NCBI RefSeq assembly: GCF_009914755.1
Contig: NC_060929.1
Source of the DNA: the human T2T-CHM13v2.0 reference genome, Homo sapiens
Reading direction: 5' to 3' (one strand)
Length of the DNA stretch: 64,000 nucleotides
Each line of letters opens with the position of its first letter. Position 1 is the stretch's first letter. Below the pieces are notes generated by a model that saw only the letters and a list, made by a program, of their open reading frames with translations, was not told the DNA's origin and did not search any database. A program made the translations under genes and the position numbers. Below, one piece after another: positions 19,721 through 34,331 of this stretch.

Positions 19721-21344
19721 TATTTAAACCTCAGAAAAGTGATGTCTTTTGGGGTATCTTTGACCCAAAACAGGTACCAAGAGATATCAAGTGCAGTGGG
19801 AGGAAGGATATTTGCTGAGCATGGCTTCTTAATCTCTTTTCCCCGTTGTGGGGGAAATGTACTTGCATATCTGGCAATAGTATTCTATCTCCGGGGGAAG
19901 GGGGAAATATTCCATATTCTCAGAAATCCTAAATAACAGCACAAAATGCCTCTTATACCCCCACATATGTCATTCTGAATATCCGGTATAATTAATTACC
20001 TTATATGATTGCAGAAATTGTCTCAAGCAAGCCATGTTTCCTGAAGCTAGCATCTGGATTCTAGGTATAATTCCTTCTATGTGTCAACAGTGGTCAATGT
20101 TGGCTATAGATTAAATAATAATTACTGGGTATCATACATATGCAATTGCTTTGCAACTACATAATGCTGTAACGAGCAGTTCTGAAGCTATCTGCCATCT
20201 GTTTAAGCTCCAGGAGAATTTGGGTACATGCCATGACCTCCACTTTTCAGTTCACATAAAAACCAACCTCCCACTTTTCAGTTCACATAATTTAGGTGGA
20301 GCTGATTTCATTTCCTGGCTTCAAGAATGAGCAAGTGGACCCATGTCTAGCCAATGTGAGAAAAATCACAATTATTGACTAAAGGAAATTTACATCATCC
20401 AAACTGGGCTGTAGGAAGTAATATCCAGGATTTTTGCTGGACTATTAGAAAAGAGCACTTTCTGGTAAGAGTCATCAAACTGGTAATTTTTAGTCTAGAA
20501 AGCTACTTTGGCCATTTTGCCAGCAGATGGGAAAAGTCTATCTGAGAAGAAGTTCAGCAGGGGAAAAGGAATTATAAATGTGGAGATTATTTTCCTTATG
20601 GAATTATGGAAGGGTGTAGACCCAGCTCTGTCTGAAACCAGTAATTAATTACCCATTTCCATGTATGAGTCAGTACAGGATTCTCTGGTTTATTTTTGCT
20701 TAAATCGGTTAACTTGGGATTTACTGTTAGAGTATGATTAACATAAATACACATTTCCATAGATGGTACAAATGAGTATCTTAAGATACTGTACATGAGG
20801 GAAAAAAATTGTTATTGGAAAAAAAGCTAGCTTTTCTTAACAAGAGCTTTGCTTTTCTCTTACGGACATTGCAAATTTTGCAATTAATTTTACTTCTCTC
20901 TTTGCTCTAGGAAGCTGAAAACAAAATTGGTGACATGGTTAGAGTAACTGAAGGTGACCCTTTATTATGGATTTTGTATGCTATCCCACTCCTTGATTCA
21001 TTTTATTTCATCCTCATCTTATCTTTATTCTATTTTCATTTTTTTACTGTGAAGGGATCAGCTAAAAATTAACAAAAGAAGATATTCTCAAGTAATTAAC
21101 ACAAAAAAAGAGATCGATTGTATTGTTCTTGCATAAAAGTCTAAATGTAATGGAAAAGGAATATTCTAAAGTAATAGTACATTATCCAAATGAGAAACAA
21201 ATAAATTATTAATTTCAAAACATTTGCAAACAATTCAAAAATCAAAATTAAATCACAAAACAACAGTATATATACACATATATTTTCAATGGACTAAAAT
21301 ACCTTTGATTACTATGTTCTTCATTTGAAGAAATAGTGAAAAAT

Positions 21345-21985
21345 GCTAATATATCCAAAAGAATTGAAAGCAGGGTCTCAAAGAAATATATGCACACCCA
21401 TGTTCATGGCAGCACTGTTCACAACAGTCAAGAAATGGAAGCAACTCAAATGTCCACGAATACTTGAATGAATAAACAAAACGTGGTGTATACATATGTT
21501 GGACTATTATTCAGCCTTAAAAAGGAAAGAAGTCCTGTCACATGTTACAATATGGATGAACCTTGAGGAACCATCCACGGATGCTTGAATGAATAAACAA
21601 AACGTGGTGTATACATACGATGGACTAGTATTCAGCCTTAAAAAGGAAATAAATCTTGTCACATGCTACAACATGGATGAACCTTGAGGACATTGTGCTA
21701 AGTGAAATAGGCCAGTCACAAAAAGACAAATACTTTACGAGTCCACTTACACGAAATATCTAAAGTAGTGAAATTCATAGAAATAGAAAATAGGACTGTG
21801 GTTACCAGAGACTGGAGTGACGGTGAAAAGCGGAGTTGTTGTCTAATGGGTATAGAGTTTCTGTTTTCCAAGATGAAAAATTTGTAACAATGTGAATATA
21901 CTTAACATTACTGAAATGTACATTTAATCATAGTTAATATGGTAATTTTAAATATTATGTTGTGTGTTTTTTAACCAGAGTAAAA
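21345..21985 (+). mobile_element. L1MB-like 3' end containing a 121-bp tandem duplication
   Basis: CCCATGTTCATGGCAGCAC...GGATGAACCTTGAGGACATT...GCCAGTCACAAAAAGACAAATAC. Duplicated unit at 21453-21569 and 21574-21690. Confidence 0.8.
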
Positions 21986-22117
21986 AAGGGTAAAAAGGTA
22001 ATATATTTTAGGGCTTAAAATAGTTATTTTTTTCCAAGATGAAAGCTATGAGTAAACTTAAACCAGAAAATCGACTAGTTTTAAATCTACAGAATAAACA
22101 GTAGAGCCTTCCTTTTA

Positions 22118-22133
22118 GCCACATGATGTCGCT
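22118..22133 (+). promoter_or_regulatory. PCDHA2 promoter CSE / pCBS
   Basis: GCCACATGATGTCGCT, 180 bp upstream of the ATG. Confidence 0.92.
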
Positions 22134-22297
22134 GTCCACCATAGAGTGTTCTCTAGGAAGGAAAATACCCAGAGCCCCTTTGTTACTTCAGAGAAGCGGA
22201 GGAATAAGAGAAGCAGCAGGACTTTAACAGAGACTAGAATATTTAAATTTTTGCAAAACATGCTCTTCTAATTTGATCAAAACATTGAGGATTGGTA

Positions 22298-24685
22298 ATG
22301 GCGTCTTCTATCAGAAGGGGCCGAGGGGCCTGGACACGGCTGCTCTCGCTTCTGCTCCTCGCAGCCTGGGAGGTGGGGAGCGGCCAGCTCCGCTACTCCG
22401 TCCCCGAGGAGGCCAAACACGGCACCTTCGTGGGCCGCATCGCGCAGGACCTGGGGCTGGAGCTGGAGGAGCTGGTGCCGCGCCTGTTCCGGGTGGCGTC
22501 CAAAAGACACGGGGACCTTCTGGAGGTAAATCTGCAGAATGGCATTTTGTTTGTGAATTCTCGGATCGACCGGGAGGAGCTGTGCGGGCGGAGCGCGGAA
22601 TGTAGCATCCACGTGGAGGTGATCGTGGACAGGCCGCTGCAGGTTTTCCATGTGGAAGTGGAGGTGAAGGACATTAACGACAACCCGCCAATATTTCCAA
22701 TGACAGTAAAGACTATCCGGTTTCCCGAATCAAGGCTGCTTGATTCTCGGTTTCCTCTAGAGGGAGCATCTGATGCAGATATAGGAGTAAATGCTCTTCT
22801 CTCCTACAAGCTCAGCTCCAGTGAGTTTTTCTTCCTAGATATACAGGCAAATGATGAACTAAGCGAATCTTTGTCTCTCGTGCTGGGGAAATCGCTGGAC
22901 AGAGAGGAAACTGCTGAGGTTAATTTGTTACTGGTGGCTACTGATGGGGGCAAACCTGAGCTCACGGGCACCGTTCAAATACTTATTAAGGTATTAGATG
23001 TAAATGACAATGAACCAACTTTTGCCCAATCAGTTTACAAAGTAAAATTGTTAGAGAATACGGCAAATGGGACCTTAGTGGTTAAGTTAAACGCTTCTGA
23101 TGCAGATGAAGGACCGAACAGCGAGATTGTGTATTCACTCGGTAGTGATGTGTCCTCCACTATACAGACTAAGTTTACCATAGATCCCATCTCAGGGGAA
23201 ATCAGAACTAAGGGAAAATTAGATTATGAAGAAGCAAAGTCCTACGAGATTCAGGTCACTGCAACTGACAAAGGAACCCCTTCAATGTCAGGACATTGTA
23301 AAATTTCATTAAAACTTGTGGACATCAATGATAACACACCAGAAGTCTCAATAACGTCTCTCTCACTTCCCATCTCAGAGAACGCTTCCCTGGGCACTGT
23401 CATTGCTCTCATCACGGTGTCGGATCGCGACTCTGGTACGAATGGACATGTCACCTGCTCCCTGACGCCCCACGTCCCTTTCAAGCTGGTGTCCACCTTC
23501 AAGAATTACTACTCGTTGGTGCTGGACAGCGCCCTGGACCGCGAGAGCGTGTCAGCCTATGAGCTGGTGGTGACCGCACGGGACGGGGGCTCGCCTTCAC
23601 TGTGGGCCACCACCAGCGTGTCCATCGAGGTGGCCGACGTGAACGACAACGCGCCGGCGTTCGCACAGCCTGAGTACACAGTATTCGTGAAGGAGAACAA
23701 CCCGCCGGGCTGCCACATCTTCACGGTGTCAGCGTGGGATGCGGACGCGCAGGAGAACGCGCTGGTGTCCTACTCGCTGGTGGAGCGGCGGGTGGGCGAG
23801 CGCGCGTTGTCGAGCTACGTTTCGGTGCACGCGGAGAGCGGCAAGGTGTACGCGCTGCAGCCGCTGGACCACGAGGAAGTGGAGCTGCTGCAGTTCCAGG
23901 TGAGCGCGCGGGATGCGGGCGTGCCGCCTCTGGGCAGCAACGTGACGCTGCAGGTGTTCGTGCTGGACGAGAACGACAACGCGCCGGCACTGTTGGCGCC
24001 TAGGGCTGGCACCGCTGCTGGCGCAGTGAGTGAGCTGGTGCCGTGGTCGGTGGGTGCAGGGCACGTGGTGGCGAAGGTGCGCGCAGTGGACGCTGACTCA
24101 GGCTACAACGCGTGGCTTTCGTACGAGCTTCAGCTGGGTACTGGCAGCGCTCGCATCCCGTTCCGCGTGGGGCTATACACGGGTGAGATCAGCACGACAC
24201 GTGCCCTAGACGAGGCTGACTCCCCTCGACACCGCCTACTCGTGCTGGTGAAGGACCACGGCGAACCAGCGTTGACAGCCACGGCCACCGTGTTAGTGTC
24301 GTTGGTGGAAAGTGGCCAGGCACCCAAGGCCTCGTCGCGGGCGTGGGTGGGCGCCGCGGGCTCAGAGGCTACGCTGGTGGATGTCAACGTGTACCTGATC
24401 ATCGCCATCTGCGCGGTATCCAGCCTGTTGGTGCTCACGGTGCTGCTGTACACTGCGCTGCGGTGCTCGGTGCCACCCACCGAGGGTGCGCGCGCGCCAG
24501 GAAAGCCCACGCTGGTGTGCTCCAGCGCCGTGGGGAGCTGGTCTTACTCGCAGCAGAGGCGGCAGAGGGTGTGCTCTGGGGAGGACCCCCCCAAGACGGA
24601 CCTCATGGCCTTCAGCCCTAGCTTATCTCAAGGTCCAGACTCCGCAGAAGAGAAACAGCTCTCAGAATCAGAATACGTAGGAAAG
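22298..24685 (+). CDS. PCDHA2: Protocadherin alpha-2 variable exon (796 codons; read-through stop at 24772)
   Basis: ATG at 22298 (the ORF track starts at an upstream TTG), [12 protein letters not shown]. Six EC repeats and TM. Donor AAG|GTGAGT. Confidence 0.96.
22754..22767 (+). promoter_or_regulatory. Exonic CTCF site (eCBS) of PCDHA2
   Basis: CCTCTAGAGGGAGC at +456; contains no CpG. Confidence 0.7.
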
Positions 24686-25178
24686 GTGAGTCTTTTACTT
24701 TTTCTTGCCAATTCTAAAATTGTTCTTTTTAAAAAATTCTATATGATTTCTACTAGTTATTTAGATTCATAGTTCTTCATTTATTTTATATCATCCTACC
24801 GTGCGATTTTGAATATGAATTAGAGATCAATTTATTGCATTTACTGAACAATTTATTTAAACAATCTACATAACTGTTTTCTTATTTTTACATTTTGGCA
24901 CTTCCATCATTAAGTCATAAGTAATAGACCATGAAACACTGAAAAACACCTCAGCAAAATTTGTAAATTAAACATTTCCCATAAATATTTTCTCTCTTAA
25001 AAATTGAAAATCACAATCGGAAGAAATTAAAGAATTTGATTATATAATACGTATTTTCAACTGACACTGTCTATCCAATCTGTCGGATAGTGTTTGGAAT
25101 AACCTATATCCTGGACATTTCTTAGATTGTTCTTTGGATCAACAATGCCCTTGTCTATGCAATAGTTAATAAGCTACA

Positions 25179-25504
<326 letters not shown>

Positions 25505-28317
25505 TTTTTATTTGTATTTGAAAGCAGCCTGAGTGGATATTTTAACACCAGAATTTCCAAAAGTATGTAGCACAGGTTGTTACAACAAAATGACAGCACT
25601 TAGGAATAACTGCTAATCTTAAGTATGTTTTTTATAAGTAAAATAACCCATTATTTGGTATAAAGATTTCACACTGATAACATTTTTGAGTTATCAGGCA
25701 AAAATAGAGAGTATTGAGAAAAGAGACCCTCTCAATTTTGTTTAATTTGAAAATATTAACATTTAAAAATCACACTGGGGTTTTTCAGGTGGTGGGACTT
25801 TTTCTTCATTTAAGTGGAGACTACCCAGTCTTTATGTTAATGGTTGATAAATCATCCTTTCAGTATCATTATCATTAGGCCAATGTGTGCAGGCCTCCCA
25901 CTGCAGAGATTGACTACTTTTTTCTGGCATCTAATTCTATGCGTGGGAATACATTTTCCATTAATGTGAGCTCACTCAATTTTACCTGGAAGCATCCATA
26001 TTCCTAATGAAATTGGAATTTTTCCAAAAGATGAGGCCTGGTCTTGGATGACTACATTTTCACTTGAAACATTTATTTTGGGTAATTATAACACTGAACT
26101 CGACAAGTAAATGTTACACTTGGAAAGAACTTTTTTAGCTTTTCCAACCAAAGGCAGATGTATTGCAATAAAATAACTGTCTTAAACGGTCCTCTACTAT
26201 TTAGTTCTTAGTTATTTGCTGTTTATTCTAAATATATGTGCATATTGATAAATCATAGAAATAACTTCCACTAGTGATCTTACCTTTAGCCATTTCATAG
26301 TTAGGTCAGAATATCCATTTCCAAGTAATACTTGACCACTATGTTTCTACCATAGGTAAATGATAAGCTTCTAAAATTATATTCACATATATCCAAATCT
26401 CCAGGAGTCACAATCTGTTGCTCTATAAGTTTTTTCAAAACATTCTTATTTACATTTTTTCTTGGTTGTCTAAGTGACATCTAGGTGGTAGTAGAAATTA
26501 TTCACTGATACTTTATCTACAAAATGGCTCAATCTTCTAAACTCATAGTTCCTTTAATATTACCTTTATCTCTTAATAATCAGTATGGAGTCTACTCTGC
26601 TATAAATTCTCATGTGACATTCCATTTTGCAATTAGTATAACTCTTAAAGGTACTGAAAAGTGCAGTATTACAATAAGTTGTCAAAGGCATCTCATTACT
26701 ATGAAGTCCATGAAGTTTAAAAATTTTAAATTTATCTCTTATTTTCAAACTAGCTACCATCTTTAAAAATTCAGCAAAGTGGTAACTGGAATATTAATAG
26801 CTATAATTATTTCTTAGGTCCATGCTTTTCAGAAATAATGCTTAAATGTTTACTTACTTCTTCATAATATAGCACAATATAATCATTTAGAAATTATGTA
26901 AGTTTGATATTAACAAATATCATTAACTTACATTTTTATTTATCTTGCTTGAAAAAGTTAATTCAAAATATTAATTTATTTATTCATGAAAACAACAATT
27001 GATAATTTATCCTATTCTAAATATGAATGATAAAATCTGAGTAAGTTGCAGTCCTGGCTTCCATTTCATGAATACACAGGAAACAAAAGCTGAAATGAAA
27101 ACTTTTCCCCTAAATATTTAAATCACATGTTTGATTTCATTTTTAAATGGTCTGGGTATAAGCAAAAATTTGTACATTATTTTATTTCTCTAAATTTGAC
27201 CTCTTTCCATAAATTTTCTTTGCCCCACTTCCAAATGCGGCGAGAATTCATGCTTCTCATTGAATTCACAGATATCTTTAGAATGTTTTATTGCTTAGTG
27301 TTAAATATGTTGAGTAAATACTGGCTTATGTTCCTAGGTTACTTTTCTCCCTTCACTGTTTAGTTAAATAATCAATTCTTTCAAGTAACAACTTTTAAAA
27401 AAACTGGAATCTAGAAATTCATCAGGAGTGGAGATCATCAAAAACGTAATTACTTTATATTGTTAACATTTTAGTATATACAGGTAAATTCAAATACATA
27501 AAGAGTGTGGAAAAATTAAACCTAATATATTCTTAATTGATGTGATGTGAGTGTAACAAATATACAAATCACATTCCCACAATAGGAAACAAATTTCCTG
27601 TTTGAATTTCTCTGTAAAGGACCGACTTCTGAAATCTTTATGTAAGTTACAGTCAAGACAGTTGATGAGGCTATAGTTCTTGAAAAAGGGGCATGGGAGG
27701 GAATTACAGACATTCTACAAATTTAAAAAACCATAAATGTACATATTTTAAGAAATTAACAGTTGCTGTAATAACATAAAAGTAGATATATGTATGTTTT
27801 AATATATACAGCACACACACACTTTTAAATACTTCAACATCTCAATGTTTTGATGATCATAAATCTGAAAGGATCTGATTTTTCTATAAAATGTAACTTG
27901 GGTGGTAAAGAGGTTAATGGTAAGTTGTCTTGAATCAGATTGAAATCCCATCGTACCAAGAGATAATATCGTTTTACTTAACCTCTATGTGTTTATAAAA
28001 AGCGAATAATATTAAAACTTATTTCAGAGGATTGTGATAATTTAACGGGATAATTCCATTAAGACAAATAGAAAAGTGGCTGTCACATGGGAAATATTTC
28101 CAATAGATGTCCACTGTTAAAACAGGAATCACAATATTTTAGTGTATGTCATGAATTAGCACAATTGATAGTGAATTAGTATAAAAGTTCTAAGGAAATA
28201 TTTAGATAAAATATAAGGACTTTGAGGAGTGACCGAAGGATATTACAATTGAAACTAGAAATTTTGGGAAAGTTCAAACGACATACAAGGAAAAGAAGAT
28301 ACGTTTACATATTTAAT

Positions 28318-28346
28318 ACTTACACGTTTAGCCACATGATGTCGCT
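28318..28346 (+). promoter_or_regulatory. PCDHA3 CSE/pCBS (28331-28346) with antisense 5' splice site (ACTTAC, 28318-28323)
   Basis: GCCACATGATGTCGCT 200 bp upstream of the ATG; the minus strand reads GTAAGT. Confidence 0.9.
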
Positions 28347-28530
28347 GTCCACCACAAGGTCTTTCTCCACAAAAGAAATAACAGCGTGCATTACGTATTC
28401 AGATACTGCTTTGCTTCATCCTCTCTAAAATTTAACACCGAGGAGTTTAAGAAATGAAGATAAGGAACTCGAATTATTTTTAAACTTTGGATCAATGTAA
28501 AGGCAATCTAATATTTGGAAAATACTTGCA

Positions 28531-30924
28531 ATGTTGTTCTCCTGGCGAGAAGATCCTGGAGCCCAGTGCCTGCTGCTTTCTCTTCTGCTCCTCGCAGCCT
28601 CGGAGGTGGGGAGCGGCCAGCTCCACTACTCCGTCTCTGAGGAGGCCAAGCATGGCACCTTCGTGGGCCGCATCGCGCAGGACCTGGGGCTGGAGCTGGC
28701 GGAGCTGGTGCCGCGCCTGTTCCGGGTGGCGTCCAAAAGACACGGGGACCTTCTGGAGGTAAATCTGCAGAATGGCATTTTGTTTGTGAATTCTCGGATA
28801 GACCGCGAGGAACTGTGCGGGCGGAGCGCGGAGTGCAGCATCCACCTGGAGGTGATCGTGGACAGGCCGCTGCAGGTTTTCCATGTGGAGGTGGAAGTGA
28901 AGGACATTAATGACAACGCGCCAGTTTTTCCAATGGCTGTAAAGAATCTGTTTATTTCCGAATCCCGACAGCCTGGCTCTCGGTTTTCGCTAGAGGGCGC
29001 ATCAGATGCAGATATCGGAACAAATTCGTTGTTGACTTACAGTCTTGATTCCACTGAATATTTTACCTTGGACGTTAAAAGAAATGATGAGGAAATTAAA
29101 TCCCTTGGACTCGTGTTGAAAAAAAATTTAAATCGAGAGGACACTCCTAAGCATTATTTACTAATAACAGCAATTGATGGTGGGAAACCAGAGCTCACTG
29201 GCACGACTCAACTAAAGATCACTGTTTTAGATGTAAACGACAACGCCCCAGCGTTTGAGAGGACGATCTATAAAGTCAGATTACTCGAAAATGCACCAAA
29301 TGGTACCCTAGTGGTGACCGTTAACGCCACCGATTTGGATGAAGGAGTAAATAAGGATATCGCGTATTCTTTCAATACGGACATGTCAGCAGATATTCTG
29401 TCAAAATTCCATTTAGATCCAGTCAATGGACAAATCAGTGTAAAGGGTAACATAGATTTCGAGGAAAGTAAGTCATATGAAATCCAGGTAGAAGCCACGG
29501 ATAAAGGAAATCCCCCAATGTCAGATCACTGCACAGTTCTACTCGAAATTGTGGACATCAATGATAATGTACCTGAGTTAGTTATTCAATCACTATCTTT
29601 ACCTGTATTAGAAGACTCTCCACTTAGCACAGTCATCGCTCTGATCAGCGTGTCCGACCGCGACTCAGGAGTCAATGGACAGGTCACCTGCTCGCTGACG
29701 CCCCACGTCCCCTTCAAGCTGGTGTCCACCTTCAAGAATTACTACTCATTGGTGCTGGACAGCCCTCTGGACCGCGAGAGCGTGTCGGCCTATGAGCTGG
29801 TGGTGACTGCTCGGGACGGGGGCTCGCCTTCACTGTGGGCCACGGCCAGCGTGTCCGTGGAGGTGGCCGACGTGAACGACAATGCGCCGGCATTCTCGCA
29901 GTCCGAGTACACGGTGTTCGTGAAGGAGAACAACCCGCCGGGCTGCCACATCTTCACGGTGTCTGCGCGGGACGCGGACGCGCAGGAGAACGCCCTGGTG
30001 TCCTACTCGCTGGTGGAACGGCGGGTGGGGGAGCGCGCGCTGTCGAGCTACGTGTCGGTACACGCGGAGAGCGGCAAGGTGTACGCGCTGCAGCCGCTGG
30101 ACCACGAGGAGCTAGAGCTGCTGCAGTTCCAGGTGAGTGCGCGCGATGCGGGCGTGCCGCCTCTGGGCAGCAACGTGACGCTGCAGGTGTTCGTGCTGGA
30201 CGAGAACGACAACGCGCCGGCACTGCTGATGCCTCGGGTGGGTGGCATCGGTGGCGCAGTGAGCGAGCTGGTGCCGCGGTCAGTGGGTGCGGGCCACGTG
30301 GTAGCGAAGGTGCGCGCAGTGGATGCAGACTCAGGCTACAACGCGTGGCTTTCGTATGAGCTGCAGCCTGGGACCGGCGGTGCGCGCATCCCGTTTCGCG
30401 TGGGGCTGTACACGGGAGAGATCAGCACGACCCGTGCCCTGGACGAGGTGGACGCCCCGCGCCATCGCCTACTGGTGCTGGTGAAGGACCACGGTGAACC
30501 CTCATTGACCGCCACGGCCACTGTGCTGGTGTCGCTGGTGGAGAGTGGCCAGGCACCCAAGGCCTCGTCCCAGGCGTCCGCTGGCGCCACGGGCCCGGAA
30601 GCTGCACTGGTGGATGTCAACGTGTACTTGATCGTCGCCATCTGCGCGGTGTCCAGTCTGTTGGTGCTCACACTGCTGCTATATACTGCTCTGCGGTGCT
30701 CCGCGCCGCCAACCGAAGGCGACTGTGGGCCGGGCAAGCCCACGCTGGTGTGCTCCAGCGCGGTGGGGAGCTGGTCATACTCGCAGCAGAGGCAGCAGAG
30801 GGTGTGCTCTGGAGAGGGGTTGCCCAAGACCGACCTCATGGCTTTTAGCCCTAGCCTTCCTCCTTGTCCAATTAGCCGGGATAGAGAGGAGAAACAGGAT
30901 GTGGACGTTGATCTCTCAGCCAAA
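28531..30924 (+). CDS. PCDHA3: Protocadherin alpha-3 variable exon (798 codons; read-through stop at 31005)
   Basis: [12 protein letters not shown]; six EC repeats and TM; donor AAA|GTGAGT. Confidence 0.96.
28987..29000 (+). promoter_or_regulatory. Exonic CTCF site (eCBS) of PCDHA3
   Basis: TCGCTAGAGGGCGC at +456. Confidence 0.75.
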
Positions 30925-33900
30925 GTGAGTAATTTTTATTTATTCTTTCCAAAATGTCTTTGTTTTTCATTCCTCAATGTTTCCACTCCTCTGGAAATAC
31001 ATTAATAGTTAAGTATGAATTATGTGATTCATAATTAGACTTTTCCAGTTTTGTGGTTTTGTGGTTAAAACGGTAAGATTTTTGTTGCTAATTTTTGAAC
31101 CAAATCAGCAGTAAGTTATGATATCCACACTTGTAATTTTGTTTTGTTATTAGGTGCAGTAGTAGAATTATTTTATTGCTAAATGCCTGGGTATAAGACA
31201 AATATTTTTTCTTAGATGAATTGCATTATTTAGAGAATCTGACTTCGACTTGTTTTATACTTATCCCTATACAATGCTTCTTCAATATCTTTTGCCACTT
31301 TTCATTTGGACTTCCTACTACCTGTTAGTACAAATGTTACTTGCTCATTTTATGAGTTCACCTAATGCTTATAACTCCCTATTGATTATGCTTTTCCACC
31401 TTCAGTTTCAAAAATTAGATCATTACACCTGTTGTCTTTTATGGAACCTCTTTTATTCTCTTATTCACTTGTTTGGAGTCTCAATCCTTATTTTTTACTT
31501 GAATATGATTCATTTTAGGCCTTGTGCTCTAATTTGGCAATACCGTTTATTGTTTCTTGATTTCCCAGTTGGGAAAAAAATCGAGAATAACAATTGCATT
31601 TAGAATTGCATCTTTGTTCATCTTTAGTTTATCACTACTTTATTTAATACTACTTTAATAATACTACTGTATTATATGTTAAAATTTATTACTAATAACT
31701 AAAATATCAATATGAAGTGAAAATTTAATAGTTGTATAGTATATTTATATATTCATTTTAAAAGAATGTTTTAAATCTTGTTAAAAATAATTTTCAATCT
31801 GAACAATATCTTGAAAATAATTATGGTATCTAATTTTAAAACTATCCCTACTAGCAAAACTTTTTATTCATTAGTGTCTTTTGCATACCATACTAAGGAT
31901 GCTAATATGAAATAAGTTTGATAAGCCAATGTTATAATGTTATTACTGGTTAACTTCTCTGAATAGCATCCTGCCTATTAATGTGTGCCATGCAATAAGT
32001 AGAAAACTCCAAATAACCAGAACCAAATGAAATTGAAGGTAGACTTTTTTCTAATCACTACCCCTACATATTTGGTTATCTCCTCTAGCAATTAGTTGGA
32101 CTCCCATTTAAGTTTCCCTACCACTGGAGAGAAATAGTAACCAACTGAAACCTGGTTAATACTCATTGACAGTGTGGGAGGTCTAACACGTAAAATAGAT
32201 ATTTTTCTTGACTCCTCTCCTTCCCCTCACTTCCATTTTCTTTATTTCCTTTTTTGGCACTATCCTTTGTTGCTCCCTTGTCCATGAAGTAGTAGCCATA
32301 GTGTGTCCATCTCAGGTCAGTATTTTAAAAATTTAGTTCTGTTATCAGCTTCTTGAATATAATAGAGTCAGCCAAAGTACTTGTCTTCCCAGATATGGAA
32401 CTTCAATCTTCAAATCCAGCTTGCCTCTTGAAACTATTGTCTAACAAGACTCTTGGCAAAGACATTTTGAAGACTTTGGAATTTTCACTTCACAGATGTA
32501 CTGATGCTATGCCAAATAAATATTGAATAGCTACCAAATAAACATTGTTTTCTATTCTGCTGCATTCCCCATCTGTACATTAAAATACCTGGTAAATGAA
32601 AATATTACAAATGAAATGGGTGAAAATGGAATTCTTCCTCCTTTTTTCCAATGTGCTTGATGTCAATGATCATTTTGTAAAAATATAGTTTGGGTCCCCA
32701 CATAGTGAAAGTACTCTGGTTTCTGTTTGATTCAGAAATTTGGTGGGTTTTTTGTTGTTGTTTTGGTTTTTGTGTGTGTGTGTTTGTGTGAGTGTAGTTC
32801 TTCAATAGAGAGGGAGCGTAAAGCTATTTTCACTAGATTGATTTTTTGTTTAGACAAACAGGATGAAAATAACTTTATGGATATAGGAGGCAAGGAAAGT
32901 TTTTAAATGGCTACCATTATGTCTTTATATATTAAATTTCTTTATGTAAGAAAATGTATTGTGGTTTATTTATTGGGAAGTCTTCATTCCCCATTAATAC
33001 CCAGGATGATTCAAAGATCATGATTACCAAGAATTAGAATAAAAATTAAGCTAAAACCCAAGTTTTCAACATTGAACTTGAAATACATCTTAATTGGGGA
33101 AATGTCTAGAGACTTTTTTTGTATCTTTAGAAAATCATAGAGGCTATTGAAACACCACATTTTCCCAACTAGATATGCGATCACCTTAAATTAATGCATT
33201 TTATTAGGCAATGGAAGGAAGCAAACATTTTCTGCAGGGTAAATATTTAGGAAATATTAGGTAAGTCCCTCTGAGCTATTAAACAATTAAGATACAACTA
33301 TTCCCTTTAAAATATATATTCCAAAAAAGGACACACATACTCAAATGCTTATAAGAGATAAATTAATGTAATAAATGGCCCACGCGATTCCACCCTGGTG
33401 CTGCAGTTTGTAAAAGAAGAAAAAATACCTGTTCAATTGGTTTGATCATGACATTCTTCATGGGTCAGGGAAGTTTTAAGTGGTTATAAAATGGGGTAAA
33501 TTGGCTTTAGAAGAGTTTAGAAATGATGTGGATTACTTATAGACAGGACAAAATGAACATGCTTGTTTATTAAAAAAAGCTATTGGAAGCAGGAAATATT
33601 CAGTTTGGCTAAAATATATAAGCACTATAGGAGAAAATAGAAGCTTAGGCACATTACATACTGGAGAACAAGCAAGTACTTATAAACTGTAAGAGTCAAA
33701 ATGAGAATACCAGCGTTTCTCATGGGAGCAAATGAGTTCCAATGAATAAAATTATTTGGAATGCTTTTCCATGCAAGCTATTTGCTATAACTTCCTGCTT
33801 CCTTGCACTTTCAGCCCTGACATGACTCAAGGAAGACATCTAATTAAATGCTGATGGTCTTTGATCCTTTTATAAAACATCTGCAAATTTCCCTGTCAAT

Positions 33901-34301
33901 AGCTTGTTCTTGGCACCAGAAGTTCCCTAGAGACCAGTCCCCTCAAGTCAACAACACCAGAAATACTAGGGTGAAGAGGGTGTTATCATTAATAAAAAAA
34001 AACCCTGGAATTCTTGGGAACACAGGAATCTGTAATGAATTTTTCTAATCAACAGTTTACAGTTACATGTTTACAAAGTGTATAGTTAGGTCTCTGTAAT
34101 ACTTAAAACCTGTGTTGAAAAAATTATTTCTACTGAAGTAAAAGTTGCCCCTATGGCGAAACTAAGGACCACACTCAATCAATCAGTGGTACAATGTGTA
34201 CCACAGTAGTACAAAATGTATTCCTATTCTCCGAAACGACTGAAATAATAAATAAAACCAAGTAGTTTACAGTAGAGTGTGTGGGGGTTTCCACAATTGC
34301 T

Positions 34302-34331
34302 ACTTACGGTTTGGAGCCACATGATGTCGCT
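34302..34331 (+). promoter_or_regulatory. PCDHA4 CSE/pCBS (34316-34331) with antisense 5' splice site (34302-34307)
   Basis: ACTTAC...GCCACATGATGTCGCT, 205 bp upstream of the ATG. Confidence 0.9.

Noticed and set aside
22292-22297. ORF-track start of PCDHA2
   Set aside because: It is a TTG. The ATG at 22298 aligns with the paralog starts (eCBS at +456).
29835-30359. Alternative-frame sense ORFs rich in G/R/A
   Set aside because: Stop-codon depletion in GC3-rich sequence; lengths vary among paralogs.
30336-30923. Long antisense ORFs repeated in each exon (195 aa here; also 15582..15968, 36326..36829, 50912..51415, 57231..57734)
   Set aside because: They are in-register mirrors of the GC-rich cadherin codons. 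Their apparent conservation follows from gene conversion of the sense CDS, and their starts and stops are inconsistent.
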